A stretch of DNA of 64,000 nt. It comes from Verrucomicrobiales bacterium. Lineage in GTDB: Bacteria > Verrucomicrobiota > Verrucomicrobiia > Verrucomicrobiales > SLCJ01. The position numbers and the translations under genes were made by a program. This document shows positions 31,452-41,003 of this stretch, piece by piece. A model generated the notes under the pieces. That model made no database searches. It worked only from the letters and a program-made list of their open reading frames with translations, and had not been told where the DNA came from. The stretch's first letter is position 1, and each line of letters opens with the position of its first letter. The DNA is taken from the NCBI GenBank assembly GCA_046075565.1, contig JBJTQJ010000117.1, forward strand, positions 1 to 64,000, read 5' to 3'.

Positions 31452-33314
31452 TCAAGCGGAACCGAGCACTTTGGCCATGAGCGCGTTCATGCGATCCACG
31501 GTCGGTTTCGTATCCTCCAGCAAACCGGCGGCAAGCAGGGCATTGTCGAGGAGTTGTCCGGCGACGAGAGCGGCGGTTTCGGGATCCTTTTCCCTCGCGG
31601 TCGCGAGTGACCGTAGGATAGGGTGACGTGGATTGTATTCAATTTCCACTTTCGCCTCATCATTGAAGTTCTCGTCCATGGCCTTCATCATGCGACGCAT
31701 CTGCGTGCTCATCGCATCCTCCGGAACGAGAGCAACGACCGGGCTGTCGATGAGGCGGCGTCCGGCACCAACCTTAACCACCCGATCACCGAACGTCGCG
31801 CCGAGGAATTCCTCGAGTCCAATCTTCGCTTCGGCGGAAAGCTCTTCACCTTCGGTTGGAAGATCATCGAGTTCGAGTCCGGCCCGGTCGATGGACACGA
31901 GTTTTTTCCCTTCGAATTCACGCAGGGCATCTATCACGTATTGATCCACGCCATCGGTGAGCAGTAGAACCTCAAGTCCGCGGGCTTTGAAGGCCTCGAG
32001 GTAGGGGCTCGCCTCAAGGGCGGCGCGGGTGGGGCCTATGAGGAAATAGACTTGGTCTTGCGATTCTTTGGCCCGCTGGCGGTAAGCGGAGAAGGTGGTC
32101 AATTCTCCCGCCGGCAGAAGCGAGGATTCGAACCGGAGCAATCGTGCGAGCGCGTCCTTGTTGGTATGGTCGGTTGCGACACCTTCTTTGAAGAAACGCT
32201 CGAACTTGCGGTAGAAAGCGATGAAGGCCGCTTCATCCGCGGTGGCTTCGGACTCGAGCATTTTGATCACGCGTTTCGAGATGACATCACCGAGCTTTCG
32301 CACGAGCGCGCTGTCTTGCATGGACTCGCGGGAGATATTCAATGGTAGATCCTGGCTGTCGATCACACCTTTAAGGAACCGCATCCACTCGGGCAGCAGG
32401 CCTTTCGGAGTTGGATCAATGAGAACCTTGCGGCAGTAAAGCGCGACGCCCGGTTCGACTTGCCCCATTTGCCAGCGTTCCGGATTTTCAGATGGAACAA
32501 ACACCAGCGCGTGGATATCGAGGGGTGCATCGGCGGCGAAGTGCAGACGGTAGGCCGGTTTGTCGAAGGCATGCGAAGTGAATTTGTAAAAGGCCTCGTA
32601 TTGTTCCTCCGTGACCTCGCTTTTGTTTTTCAGCCACAATGCTTCGACCTCATTGACCCGCTGGCCATTGAGGAAAATCGGAAAGCCAACAAAGTTGCTG
32701 TAGCGCTCGAGGATGGAACGCACGCGGGATTCCTTGGCGAACTCTTTGGCGTCCGCCTTGAGTTGGAGCGTGATTTTGGTGCCCCGCTCAGGCACCTCAG
32801 CCGCCCCTATGGTGTAGGCACCGTCGCCATCACTCTTCCAGAGAAGTCCTTCGCCATCCGGTTGCCATGAACGGGTGTGGACATTCACCTCGGAGGCAAC
32901 CATGAAGGCGGAATAGAATCCGACACCGAACTGACCGATGAGACCATCGGCAGAGCCGCCTTTTTCCTTGAACGACTGCAGCCATGCTTTAGTGCCGGAA
33001 TGGGCGATGGTTCCCAGGTGACGGGCCAAATCCTCACGGTTCATTCCGATACCGCGATCGTTAATCGAAAGTGTCCCGGTTTCCTCGTCGGTCGTGATAT
33101 GGATTTCCAGCGCAACTCCAGCGTCGTGCATCTCCTTCTCGACTCCTTCAAGATGGCGCAGCTTGCCAAGGGCATCGGAGGCGTTGGATACCAATTCGCG
33201 GATGAAGATCTCGCGGTCGGTGTAAAGCGAGTGCACGACGATATCGAGCAACTGCCGGATCTCGGCCTGAAAGGTATGGGTTCCGTCGGTGGTCGTGGTG
33301 GTGGCTGTCGTCAT
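31452..33314 (-). CDS. htpG: Molecular chaperone HtpG (Hsp90)
   Basis: FIRELVSNASDA, DRGIGM, GTIAHSG, IGQFGVGFYS, LPLNISRE. Confidence 0.97.
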   Translation of the reverse strand: MTTATTTTTDGTHTFQAEIRQLLDIVVHSLYTDREIFIRELVSNASDALGKLRHLEGVEKEMHDAGVALEIHITTDEETGTLSINDRGIGMNREDLARHLGTIAHSGTKAWLQSFKEKGGSADGLIGQFGVGFYSAFMVASEVNVHTRSWQPDGEGLLWKSDGDGAYTIGAAEVPERGTKITLQLKADAKEFAKESRVRSILERYSNFVGFPIFLNGQRVNEVEALWLKNKSEVTEEQYEAFYKFTSHAFDKPAYRLHFAADAPLDIHALVFVPSENPERWQMGQVEPGVALYCRKVLIDPTPKGLLPEWMRFLKGVIDSQDLPLNISRESMQDSALVRKLGDVISKRVIKMLESEATADEAAFIAFYRKFERFFKEGVATDHTNKDALARLLRFESSLLPAGELTTFSAYRQRAKESQDQVYFLIGPTRAALEASPYLEAFKARGLEVLLLTDGVDQYVIDALREFEGKKLVSIDRAGLELDDLPTEGEELSAEAKIGLEEFLGATFGDRVVKVGAGRRLIDSPVVALVPEDAMSTQMRRMMKAMDENFNDEAKVEIEYNPRHPILRSLATAREKDPETAALVAGQLLDNALLAAGLLEDTKPTVDRMNALMAKVLGSA

Positions 33315-33382
33315 GGTTCGTTGGAATTTGCGGGCCGTGGATCATATCCACCTATCAGCTCTTGGCAAGTGATGGCGGCCTT

Positions 33383-33886
33383 TTAGCCCGCCTTGGCGAG
33401 CAGCGTTTTGATGGCGGCAGTTTTGAGCCCGCCCAGCTGGCAAACGCGGCGGAAGTGAGCGGCCTCGACAGGCGTGATGGAGAGGCGGTTGCCACGGCGG
33501 AGGATGAGCATTTCCGCGAGAGCGGGATCGGCGCGGAGTTTGGGCAGACCGACGAAGGCGGGTAGATCGGCGGCCCATTCCACATCGACGAGCAGCCAGC
33601 GCGGGTTCTCGGGCGTGCTTTTCGGGTCCTCGTATTCGCCACCGCGCTCGAACTGGGTGGGATCGGGTTTCGCGACCGAGCAGAGGCGGAGCAGTCCGGC
33701 AACACCGGGTTCATCGCAACTCGAATGGTAAAACAGACCGTGGTCGCCGGGGTTCATTTCATCCCGCATGTAGTTGCGCACCTGGTAGTTCCTTACGCCA
33801 TTCCATGGTTCGCGGCGTCGCCGCCGCGCCTTGAGATCGGCGAAGGAAAAAACATCGGGTTCGGATTTGAAGAGCCAGAGTCGCAT
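33383..33886 (-). CDS. EVE domain protein
   Basis: WLFKSEP, WNGVRNYQ, FYHSSC, RLSITPV. Confidence 0.92.
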   Translation of the reverse strand: MRLWLFKSEPDVFSFADLKARRRRREPWNGVRNYQVRNYMRDEMNPGDHGLFYHSSCDEPGVAGLLRLCSVAKPDPTQFERGGEYEDPKSTPENPRWLLVDVEWAADLPAFVGLPKLRADPALAEMLILRRGNRLSITPVEAAHFRRVCQLGGLKTAAIKTLLAKAG

Positions 33887-33899
33887 GGGATGAGGGAAT

Positions 33900-35123
33900 T
33901 CAGGTCGCGCCGCGATCCAAGGTCATCACACATTCGAGATGTTTGGTTTGCGGAAAGAGATCAAAGGGCGTCACGCGCCGGAGTTGGTAACCGGCGGCGA
34001 GGAAAAACTTCAAGTCGCGCATCTGGGTGGCCGGATTGCACGAGATATAGACAACCCGGGATGGTCCATGGGCAAATAGCTGATTGAGGAAGGCCTCGTC
34101 GGTGCCGGCCCGTGGAGGATCGATGATGACCGACGTTTTCTCGGCTGGGAAATCGATGCCCGAGAAGATGGTTGCGGCATGGCCGGCGATGAACCGCGTG
34201 TTGGTGATGCCATTTTGTTCCGCGTTGGCCGTGGCCTGGCGGGCGGCGGATTCACTGACTTCGACACCGGCCACTTTCCCGAAGGCACTTGCGGCTGTTA
34301 AGGCGAACAATCCGCTTCCGCAATACGCATCGATAAGGAATCGATTGCCCGTCGCGGACGCTTCCTCGCGTGCATGACGGGTAAACTCCGGCAAAATGAA
34401 GGGATTGTTCTGGAAGAAGTCGCCAGCGAGGAAAGTGAAGGAAAGCCCTTCCACGACCTCGGTGGCGGGCGCGCGGGGATCCCGAACCACTCCCGATGGC
34501 GTCGCCCGCAATAACAAGGTCGCGCCTTTTTTCCTGGCCACCGGTGCGTTCAAGACCTCGGACCGCGCGGCCGGCAAGGCCTCGTTGATCGACTCCATGG
34601 CAATCGGACAAGCCGCGATGTCCACCAGGTCGAATCTCCGACCAGCGCGCAGGAAGCCGATGGGTCCGGTCTCCCCTCCCCTTGCTCCGTTGAAGTGCGG
34701 GGTGATTTTCGAGCGGTAGTGGTAGGGACGTGGCGAAGGCACGACATCATCCACGGGAAAATCGACCCCAGCCATGTGGCGGAGAAGTCCGGCCACTTGA
34801 TCGCGTTTCTCGGCCAGTTGCGCGGGATAGGATAAATTCTGGTATTGGCATCCTCCACATTCTCCGAAAAGCGGGCACATCGGCTTCACGCGGTCCGGAG
34901 ATGGTTCTAGCACTTCCACGAGATCCGCTTCCGAATACGATTTCTGATTACGGAAAATCCGCGCGCGCACCATTTCGCCGGGCAAAGCATAGGCAACAAA
35001 AATCACCCATCCATCGACACGGGCGATACCCTGGCCCAAATTGCCGAGCCGCTCGATCTTCAGTTCGATCTCCTGATGATATTCGAAGGGTCCCGGATGG
35101 AATCGAGCGGGCGGACGCGGCAT
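33900..35123 (-). CDS. rlmD: TRAM-domain RNA (uracil-5)-methyltransferase, RlmD/TrmA family
   Basis: TRAM domain, C..CGGC Fe-S motif, FFQNN, DAYCGSG, DPPRAG, YISCNP, DLFPQTKHLE. Confidence 0.88.
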   Translation of the reverse strand: MPRPPARFHPGPFEYHQEIELKIERLGNLGQGIARVDGWVIFVAYALPGEMVRARIFRNQKSYSEADLVEVLEPSPDRVKPMCPLFGECGGCQYQNLSYPAQLAEKRDQVAGLLRHMAGVDFPVDDVVPSPRPYHYRSKITPHFNGARGGETGPIGFLRAGRRFDLVDIAACPIAMESINEALPAARSEVLNAPVARKKGATLLLRATPSGVVRDPRAPATEVVEGLSFTFLAGDFFQNNPFILPEFTRHAREEASATGNRFLIDAYCGSGLFALTAASAFGKVAGVEVSESAARQATANAEQNGITNTRFIAGHAATIFSGIDFPAEKTSVIIDPPRAGTDEAFLNQLFAHGPSRVVYISCNPATQMRDLKFFLAAGYQLRRVTPFDLFPQTKHLECVMTLDRGAT

Positions 35124-35148
35124 GGGAAACTCGGGAAAATTCGCGCGC

Positions 35149-36000
35149 TCAGGGTTTGGCCGGTTTGCTGATGGCCTCGACCATGGTGGTGGCGATTTTG
35201 CTCCAGGCCGCGAGTTCTTCCGCCTTGATTTCCCGCTCTTCGGGGACGTCCATTTTCTCCGCCAGTTCGGCGAGACTTTTCCTCAGCGTCACTACTTGGG
35301 GTCGTTCCTGAAGATTCGGATGCAGACCTTCGAGCTGCGATTGGTAATAACGCACGATGTCCAGCCTCGCGATCAGCCTCGCGTGTTCACTGGTGAATGC
35401 AGCACCCACACTCTGGCAACCGACTTCAAAAGCACGCGACCATCCACCGAGCGAAACGAGATGGGCGATATCCACATCACGAAGGTCCGCCATTTCACGT
35501 TCGATGTCGCGTTGTGTCTTCGCCAGATCCTCTTTTAGTTCGTCGCCTTGTTGCAGCGAGGCATGCTCGAGCAGGGACTTGGAATGTGGTTTGATATGAC
35601 GTCCAGTGCCTAACAACTCCGCGTGATCGAGAACGGCCTTGCCGAGACCTTCCATTTCCCCATACCGTTCGCATTGCACGGCGAGGAATCCATCGGCGAT
35701 GATCGTTCCGAGGTTCAAGGCGACGCCGAGCCGATCCGTGCCAGGCACTGCAGGAACCTCACGTTTCACCTTTTCATAGGGGATGGCGCCCATGTCGGCG
35801 AGTTGGGTGAAAATCTTCCGAATCGAGGGCGCGGTGAACGCATTGATTCCGACCTCCTGGCGGAAAACCTCGTCTTCCAGCAAATCTTCCGGCACCGGTG
35901 CCAAGTCCTGCGCGGACAGCGCGCCAGCCGCCGCAAAAACGAGAAAGCCACCCGCCGCCAGAGGACGGAGCCGATTGGAAAAGTGAGTGGGGAGAGTCAC
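35149..36000 (-). CDS. Exported hypothetical helical protein
   Basis: Signal-peptide-like segment; ALNLG..IADG motif; overlapping ORFs in other frames look non-coding; start uncertain (36000 GTG or 36060). Confidence 0.6.
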   Translation of the reverse strand: MTLPTHFSNRLRPLAAGGFLVFAAAGALSAQDLAPVPEDLLEDEVFRQEVGINAFTAPSIRKIFTQLADMGAIPYEKVKREVPAVPGTDRLGVALNLGTIIADGFLAVQCERYGEMEGLGKAVLDHAELLGTGRHIKPHSKSLLEHASLQQGDELKEDLAKTQRDIEREMADLRDVDIAHLVSLGGWSRAFEVGCQSVGAAFTSEHARLIARLDIVRYYQSQLEGLHPNLQERPQVVTLRKSLAELAEKMDVPEEREIKAEELAAWSKIATTMVEAISKPAKP

Positions 36001-36178
36001 AAAGGTGAGCCTAGCGGATCCTGGAGGCGGATTCCAGCAGAAATCCGGGTCTGTCGGCAATCTCCCGCCGGCGGGATTTCTCTAACCAATCCGTAAAGTC
36101 TCGACTTGACGAAATGCCGTTTGAGACGACCTTTGGTGACGGAGCGGCTCAACCCGGAAAGCTCCGCTCAACCCCACC

Positions 36179-37696
36179 ATGGACTGGACTCAAACCGACT
36201 GGAGAACCGCCATCTGGCTCACCTGCTACTTCTTCGTGCTGGTCGGGCTTTCCGCCTATGGATTCCATCGTTACTGCATCCTCTTTCTCTACCTGAAAAA
36301 CTCGCGGAAAAAGCCGCAGCTGAAGGCGACGTTCAAGGATCTCCCACTGGTCACCGTTCAGCTCCCCGTTTTCAACGAAATGTATGTGGTGCGCCGGCTG
36401 CTCGACTCGGTGGCCGCGCTCGATTACCCGAAGGAAAAGCTGCAAATCCAGATTCTCGACGACTCAACCGACGACACCACCCGCATCTGCGAGGAAGAAG
36501 CCGCCCGCTTGCGGTCCCAGGGATTTGATGTCGAGGTGCTCCACCGGACCGACCGCACCGGCTACAAGGCCGGGGCCCTTGAAGCCGCCACGGCCACTGC
36601 CAAGGGAGAATATCTCTACATTCTGGATGCTGACTTCGTTCCGCCGACCGACGTGCTGCAGCGAATGATTCATTTCTTCACGGACGAAAAGGTTGCCCTC
36701 ATTCAGAGCCGCTGGGGCCACCTGAATCGCTCCTACTCCCTGCTGACCCGGATGCAGTCCATTTTCCTCGATGGCCACCTGCTGCTTGAGCAAACCGCCC
36801 GCAACCGCAGCGGTCGTTTCTTCACCTTCAATGGCACGGCCGGCATCTGGCGCAAGTCGGCCATCACGGACGCCGGAGGCTGGGAGCACGATACCCTCAC
36901 CGAGGACATGGACCTGAGCTACCGGGCCCAACTCAAGGGTTGGAAATTCGTTTTCCTCAATGATGTCGAGACCCCCGCCGAATTGCCGGTGGACATGGAT
37001 GGCTTCAAATCCCAGCAGCACCGCTGGACCAAAGGTTCCATCCAGTGTTGCAAAAAAATGCTCGGCCCCATCTGGCGCAGCAATGTGCCTTTGCTGGTGA
37101 AACTGGAGGCCACCGCCCACCTGACGGCCAATTTCGCCTACTTGCTCCTGATTTTCCTCTGCGTTTACACCCTGCCCTTCAAAATTCCCGGCCTCGGCCC
37201 GACCGCCAGCTTCTGGCTCGGGCTCCCTGTTTTCCTCATCGCCACGGTCTCGCTGCTGCTTTTCTATATTGTCGCCCTGCGCGGATTGCATCCCAAGACG
37301 TGGGTAAAAGACCTCATCTACCTCCCCATGCTGCTCGCCCTCGGCATCGGGATGTCGATCAACAATGGCAAGGCTGTGCTTGAGGCCGTCTTCAACCATG
37401 AAACCGGATTCGTCCGCACTCCGAAATACGGTGTGGAAAAAGCCGGCGAGGACTGGACCCGTCGCCACTACCGGGCCTTGAAGAGCGCCCCCGCCATGAT
37501 CGAGGTGGTATTCGGCTTCTGGTTCGCCGCTCTGGTCATTATTGCCGCCGTGATGCAGGCTTGGGTGAGTGTGCCGTTCCTCCTGCTTTTCACCGTCGGT
37601 TTCTTCTACTGCGCCACCGGTTCCCTCTTTTCCTCCTGGTTCACCCCCAAATCCAAAGACGAAAAAAATATTGAAAATTCACAACTGAATGCTTGA
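36179..37696 (+). CDS. Processive GT2 glycosyltransferase, cellulose-synthase-like (CslA-type)
   Basis: QLPVFNE, DDS, GYKAGAL, DAD, TED, QQHRW; several C-terminal TM helices. Confidence 0.92.
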   Translation: MDWTQTDWRTAIWLTCYFFVLVGLSAYGFHRYCILFLYLKNSRKKPQLKATFKDLPLVTVQLPVFNEMYVVRRLLDSVAALDYPKEKLQIQILDDSTDDTTRICEEEAARLRSQGFDVEVLHRTDRTGYKAGALEAATATAKGEYLYILDADFVPPTDVLQRMIHFFTDEKVALIQSRWGHLNRSYSLLTRMQSIFLDGHLLLEQTARNRSGRFFTFNGTAGIWRKSAITDAGGWEHDTLTEDMDLSYRAQLKGWKFVFLNDVETPAELPVDMDGFKSQQHRWTKGSIQCCKKMLGPIWRSNVPLLVKLEATAHLTANFAYLLLIFLCVYTLPFKIPGLGPTASFWLGLPVFLIATVSLLLFYIVALRGLHPKTWVKDLIYLPMLLALGIGMSINNGKAVLEAVFNHETGFVRTPKYGVEKAGEDWTRRHYRALKSAPAMIEVVFGFWFAALVIIAAVMQAWVSVPFLLLFTVGFFYCATGSLFSSWFTPKSKDEKNIENSQLNA

Positions 37697-37729
37697 CATT
37701 CATTGAATTTCTGGTTTTCCTAAAGACAA

Positions 37730-38512
37730 ATGACCACGCACTCGGAAAACCACAACTTTCGCAGCACCAAAAGGGCTTTTCTTCTGGGAATTCTCGGTGT
37801 GTGCGGTCTGGTGAGCTGCCAGCAGGTTGATACGAAACACCATGCCGTGGTCAGCGCTGCCGAACAGCGTATGGTTTTGTTGGAACACGGTAAGGTCGTG
37901 GGCACTTACCCTGTCTCCACTTCGAAGTTCGGCCTCGGCGACCAGAAGAACAGTTACCGGACTCCCATTGGTAAAATGGTCGTGGCCAAAAAGGTCGGCG
38001 GAAACTTGCCCAGCGGTGCCGTCCTGAAAAGCCGGCAATGGACTGGAGAGGTGCTCCCCCCCAACGCCCCCGGCCGCGACCCCATCCTGTCGCGTATTCT
38101 TTGGCTGAAGGGGCGCGAGTCACAGAACCGCCATGCCTTCGGGCGTCTCATCTACATCCACGGCACTACCGAGGAAAACCGCATCGGTTACCCGGTCAGT
38201 TTCGGCTGCGTCCGTATGAAGTCCGCGGATGTTATCGACCTTTACAACAAAGTCCGTGTCGGCACCCCGGTGACCGTTCTTCCCGGACGCATGCCCATGG
38301 CCGTGCAAACCGCCGAGATGCGTTCAGGTCTCCGCAAATGGACCGGCAGGGACAGTGGACTGGCCAAGAATGCCAAGGAGAAGAAACCTATCGCGCCTGA
38401 CGACATCAAAGCCGAGGCCGATGTTTTGCCCCTCACGGTGCGCGAAAGTGATAGCCAAACTGGGACTCCCACCGCTTCCACCCCGGTGTCCTTCCGCAAG
38501 GACCCGGTTTGA
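37730..38512 (+). CDS. L,D-transpeptidase (YkuD family) lipoprotein
   Basis: Lipobox LVSC; YPVSTSKFG, IYIHGT, SFGCVRM. Confidence 0.9.
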   Translation: MTTHSENHNFRSTKRAFLLGILGVCGLVSCQQVDTKHHAVVSAAEQRMVLLEHGKVVGTYPVSTSKFGLGDQKNSYRTPIGKMVVAKKVGGNLPSGAVLKSRQWTGEVLPPNAPGRDPILSRILWLKGRESQNRHAFGRLIYIHGTTEENRIGYPVSFGCVRMKSADVIDLYNKVRVGTPVTVLPGRMPMAVQTAEMRSGLRKWTGRDSGLAKNAKEKKPIAPDDIKAEADVLPLTVRESDSQTGTPTASTPVSFRKDPV

Positions 38513-38590
38513 ATTGCAGGCTATCCGGACGGCGAGGGCTATGCCGATTCTGTGGAGTTAGCAGAACTCCGTGATCTTTGACCAGCCCGG

Positions 38591-39634
38591 CTACTTCGCC
38601 ACCAACTCGTTGAATCTGGCGTGCAGTTTGTCGATGCCATCGCCCTGATTGGCGGAGATGGGGAAGATCTCGATTTTAGGGAAGGCGCGTTCGAGAGCGG
38701 CGAGGTTTTCGTCAGCGCCTTCGACATCCATTTTATTCGCGGCGATGATCCACTGGCGTTTGGCCAGGTCTTCGTCGTAAAGGCTGGTCTCGGTGCGGAG
38801 CTTACGAATGTCGTCGACAGGGTCGCGCAACTCCGTGCCGGGAGTGTCCACCACAAACAGGAGGAGGCGGCAGCGCGTGATGTGACGGAGGAACTCATGG
38901 CCGAGACCGATGTTTTCATGGGCGCCCTCAATGAGGCCGGGGATGTCGGCGATGGTGGCGCGACGGTAGCCGGGGAATTCCATGACACCGACCATCGGCT
39001 CGAGGGTGGTGAAGGGATAGTTGGCGATCTTCGGCTTCGCCTTGGACAGTTTGGAAACGAGGGTCGACTTGCCGGCATTGGGGAAACCTACGAGACCCAC
39101 ATCGGCGATCATGCGCAATTCAAAATAGAAAATCCCCTCTTCTCCCGGCACGCCATCCTCGGCTTCATCGGGAGCCTGGTTGGTGGCCGACTTGAAATGC
39201 GTGTTGCCGCGTCCACCCTTACCGCCTTTGCAGAGAACAAACCGGGCACCCACTTCCGTGAGATCGGTCACGAACTCCATGCCGAGCGATTCGGGGTCGT
39301 CGCGCCGGAGTTGAGCGGCTTCGGCAAGAATGGTCGCGTCGGTTTTCCAGACGACCGTGCCAGGAGGAACGGGTATCACTTTATCGCTCCCCGATCCTCC
39401 GGTTTTGTTCTGCCTCATGCCGGACTGCCCATGTTCAGCGAAGAGTTTGGGGTCGTAGAAAAGGGTGCGGAAGTGATCGGTGTTGTTGCTCACCTCGAGG
39501 ATGACGTCTCCACCGCGGCCGCCATCGCCACCATCGGGACCGCCTTTTGGTTTGAAGGCGAGACGGGCGAGGTGCGGGCTGCCATTGCCACCATTGCCGG
39601 CGCGGGCATGAACAAGAATACGGTCAACAAACAT
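38591..39634 (-). CDS. obgE: GTPase ObgE/CgtA
   Basis: Gly-rich Obg fold GGPDGGDGGRGG; GFPNAGKS, YPFTT, DIPG, NKMD. Confidence 0.97.
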   Translation of the reverse strand: MFVDRILVHARAGNGGNGSPHLARLAFKPKGGPDGGDGGRGGDVILEVSNNTDHFRTLFYDPKLFAEHGQSGMRQNKTGGSGSDKVIPVPPGTVVWKTDATILAEAAQLRRDDPESLGMEFVTDLTEVGARFVLCKGGKGGRGNTHFKSATNQAPDEAEDGVPGEEGIFYFELRMIADVGLVGFPNAGKSTLVSKLSKAKPKIANYPFTTLEPMVGVMEFPGYRRATIADIPGLIEGAHENIGLGHEFLRHITRCRLLLFVVDTPGTELRDPVDDIRKLRTETSLYDEDLAKRQWIIAANKMDVEGADENLAALERAFPKIEIFPISANQGDGIDKLHARFNELVAK

Positions 39635-39656
39635 GGAATCAGAAGAAAAAGCGGGA

Positions 39657-40118
39657 TCAGTCGTGGGCCAAGGTCGCGGCCAAAGGCGCGTCTGCCGGCG
39701 AACTAGCTTGGCAAGTCAGGCGGATACCGCCCCGCGAGCCGAAGGTCCCGCGCACGACCATTTGTCTCGGAGCGCAGGCGGCCACGAGGTCGTTCAGGAT
39801 GTGGTTCACGACGTCCTCGTTGAAGGCGGCGTGATTGCGGTAAGCGGCGAGGTAGAATTTCAGCGACTTCGTCTCGATGCAGCTTTCGCCGGGGATGTAG
39901 CGGATTTGGATGCGCGCCGTGTCCGGCTGCCCGGTGACCGGACAAAGGGAGGAAAACTCCGGGCAGTCGAGATGAATCCAGTAATCGCGGGAGGCGGACC
40001 GATTCGGGAATGTCTCGATCACGGCCTCTTCGGGGGAGGCGGGCAGGCGGTTCTCGCTGCGTCCGAGCAGGCTTAATTCCCGCGAAGCGGGCTTCAATGG
40101 AGAGGCGTCATCCTTCAT
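39657..40118 (-). CDS. queF: NADPH-dependent preQ0 reductase (type I QueF)
   Basis: EFSSLCPVTGQPD, ETKSLKFYL, RGGI; ATG 40118 overlaps the OsmC gene end. Confidence 0.93.
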   Translation of the reverse strand: MKDDASPLKPASRELSLLGRSENRLPASPEEAVIETFPNRSASRDYWIHLDCPEFSSLCPVTGQPDTARIQIRYIPGESCIETKSLKFYLAAYRNHAAFNEDVVNHILNDLVAACAPRQMVVRGTFGSRGGIRLTCQASSPADAPLAATLAHD

Positions 40119-40518
40119 AGTGAAAAACCACGGGCGAATCAATGTCCGGATGAAGGCTGTGGTGAACCGGGCAACTGAGTGCGCCGCGCTCGAGCGTGGA
40201 CCGTTCCGCGTGATCGGGCGGCAAAGGCAAGTGGATATGAACTTTCAACTTGGAAATCCTCCGCGGCGCGGTCGTGGACATGGTCTTCTCCACCCCGATG
40301 CGCATTCCTTCGAGGGCGATGCCTTTCCGGCGGGCGAGAATGCCCATGATGGTGGCCATGCAGGTTCCGAGAGCCGCCCCCACCAGATCCGTCGGTGAAA
40401 AGCGTTCCCCTTTGCCTTCGTTGTCCACGGGAGCGTCGGTCTCGATGAGTGAGCCGGAGGGCAGATGGGTGGCCGTGCAGCGCAGGTCGCCCAGGTATTT
40501 GATTTCGAATTTCGGCAT
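40108..40518 (-). CDS. OsmC/Ohr family protein
   Basis: TDAPVDNEGKGERFSPTDL..ALGTC...CPVHHSL. Confidence 0.9.
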   Translation of the reverse strand: MPKFEIKYLGDLRCTATHLPSGSLIETDAPVDNEGKGERFSPTDLVGAALGTCMATIMGILARRKGIALEGMRIGVEKTMSTTAPRRISKLKVHIHLPLPPDHAERSTLERGALSCPVHHSLHPDIDSPVVFHYEG

Positions 40519-41003
40519 GGGACGGTAAAGATACCCTTGACCGGGAAAAAGGAAACCCCCGATTCATGGCCGAAAATGGGGGTCGAAACGGCCCGGGCCC
40601 GGAAAGATTCCACCCCTGGTTTTCCGGGGGCCCGAGGATGGGAATTGCTTCCCCTGAGCCCGCCCGCGATGCGGTCTCGCAAGGATGAGATGGAGACCGC
40701 CCAAATTGAGGGAAAAGTGATGAGCAGGAGAAGAATTTTCTTGGCAAAAACCGGCCCGCCAGATAGTCTGCAGTGGAGTATAGTCCAAAACCTCCCAGTC
40801 ACTGTTTTGGTGTACCATTTTCCCCGACCAGAGATTTCGACTTTTATGCCCTGCCCCTCTCGGCTTTTTCTGACCTATCGGTTGTCCTCCGTGCGGTTTC
40901 CCAAAGCTTCGGACTAGGGTCAATTCCGCTATGAGCAACGGGCTTAGTTCCACGTCAGCTTTCCCGTTCCCATTCCCATCCCACACCCCGAAAACCACAA
41001 TCC

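Noticed and set aside
33285-33314. Poly-Thr at the HtpG N-terminus as a phase-variable repeat
   Set aside because: Mixed codons (ACG, ACA, ACC), short and in frame; not a slippage tract.
40519-41003. Riboswitch or small ORF in the 485-bp intergenic region
   Set aside because: No recognisable aptamer consensus and the ORFs lack motifs; an Rfam scan would be needed to exclude one fully.
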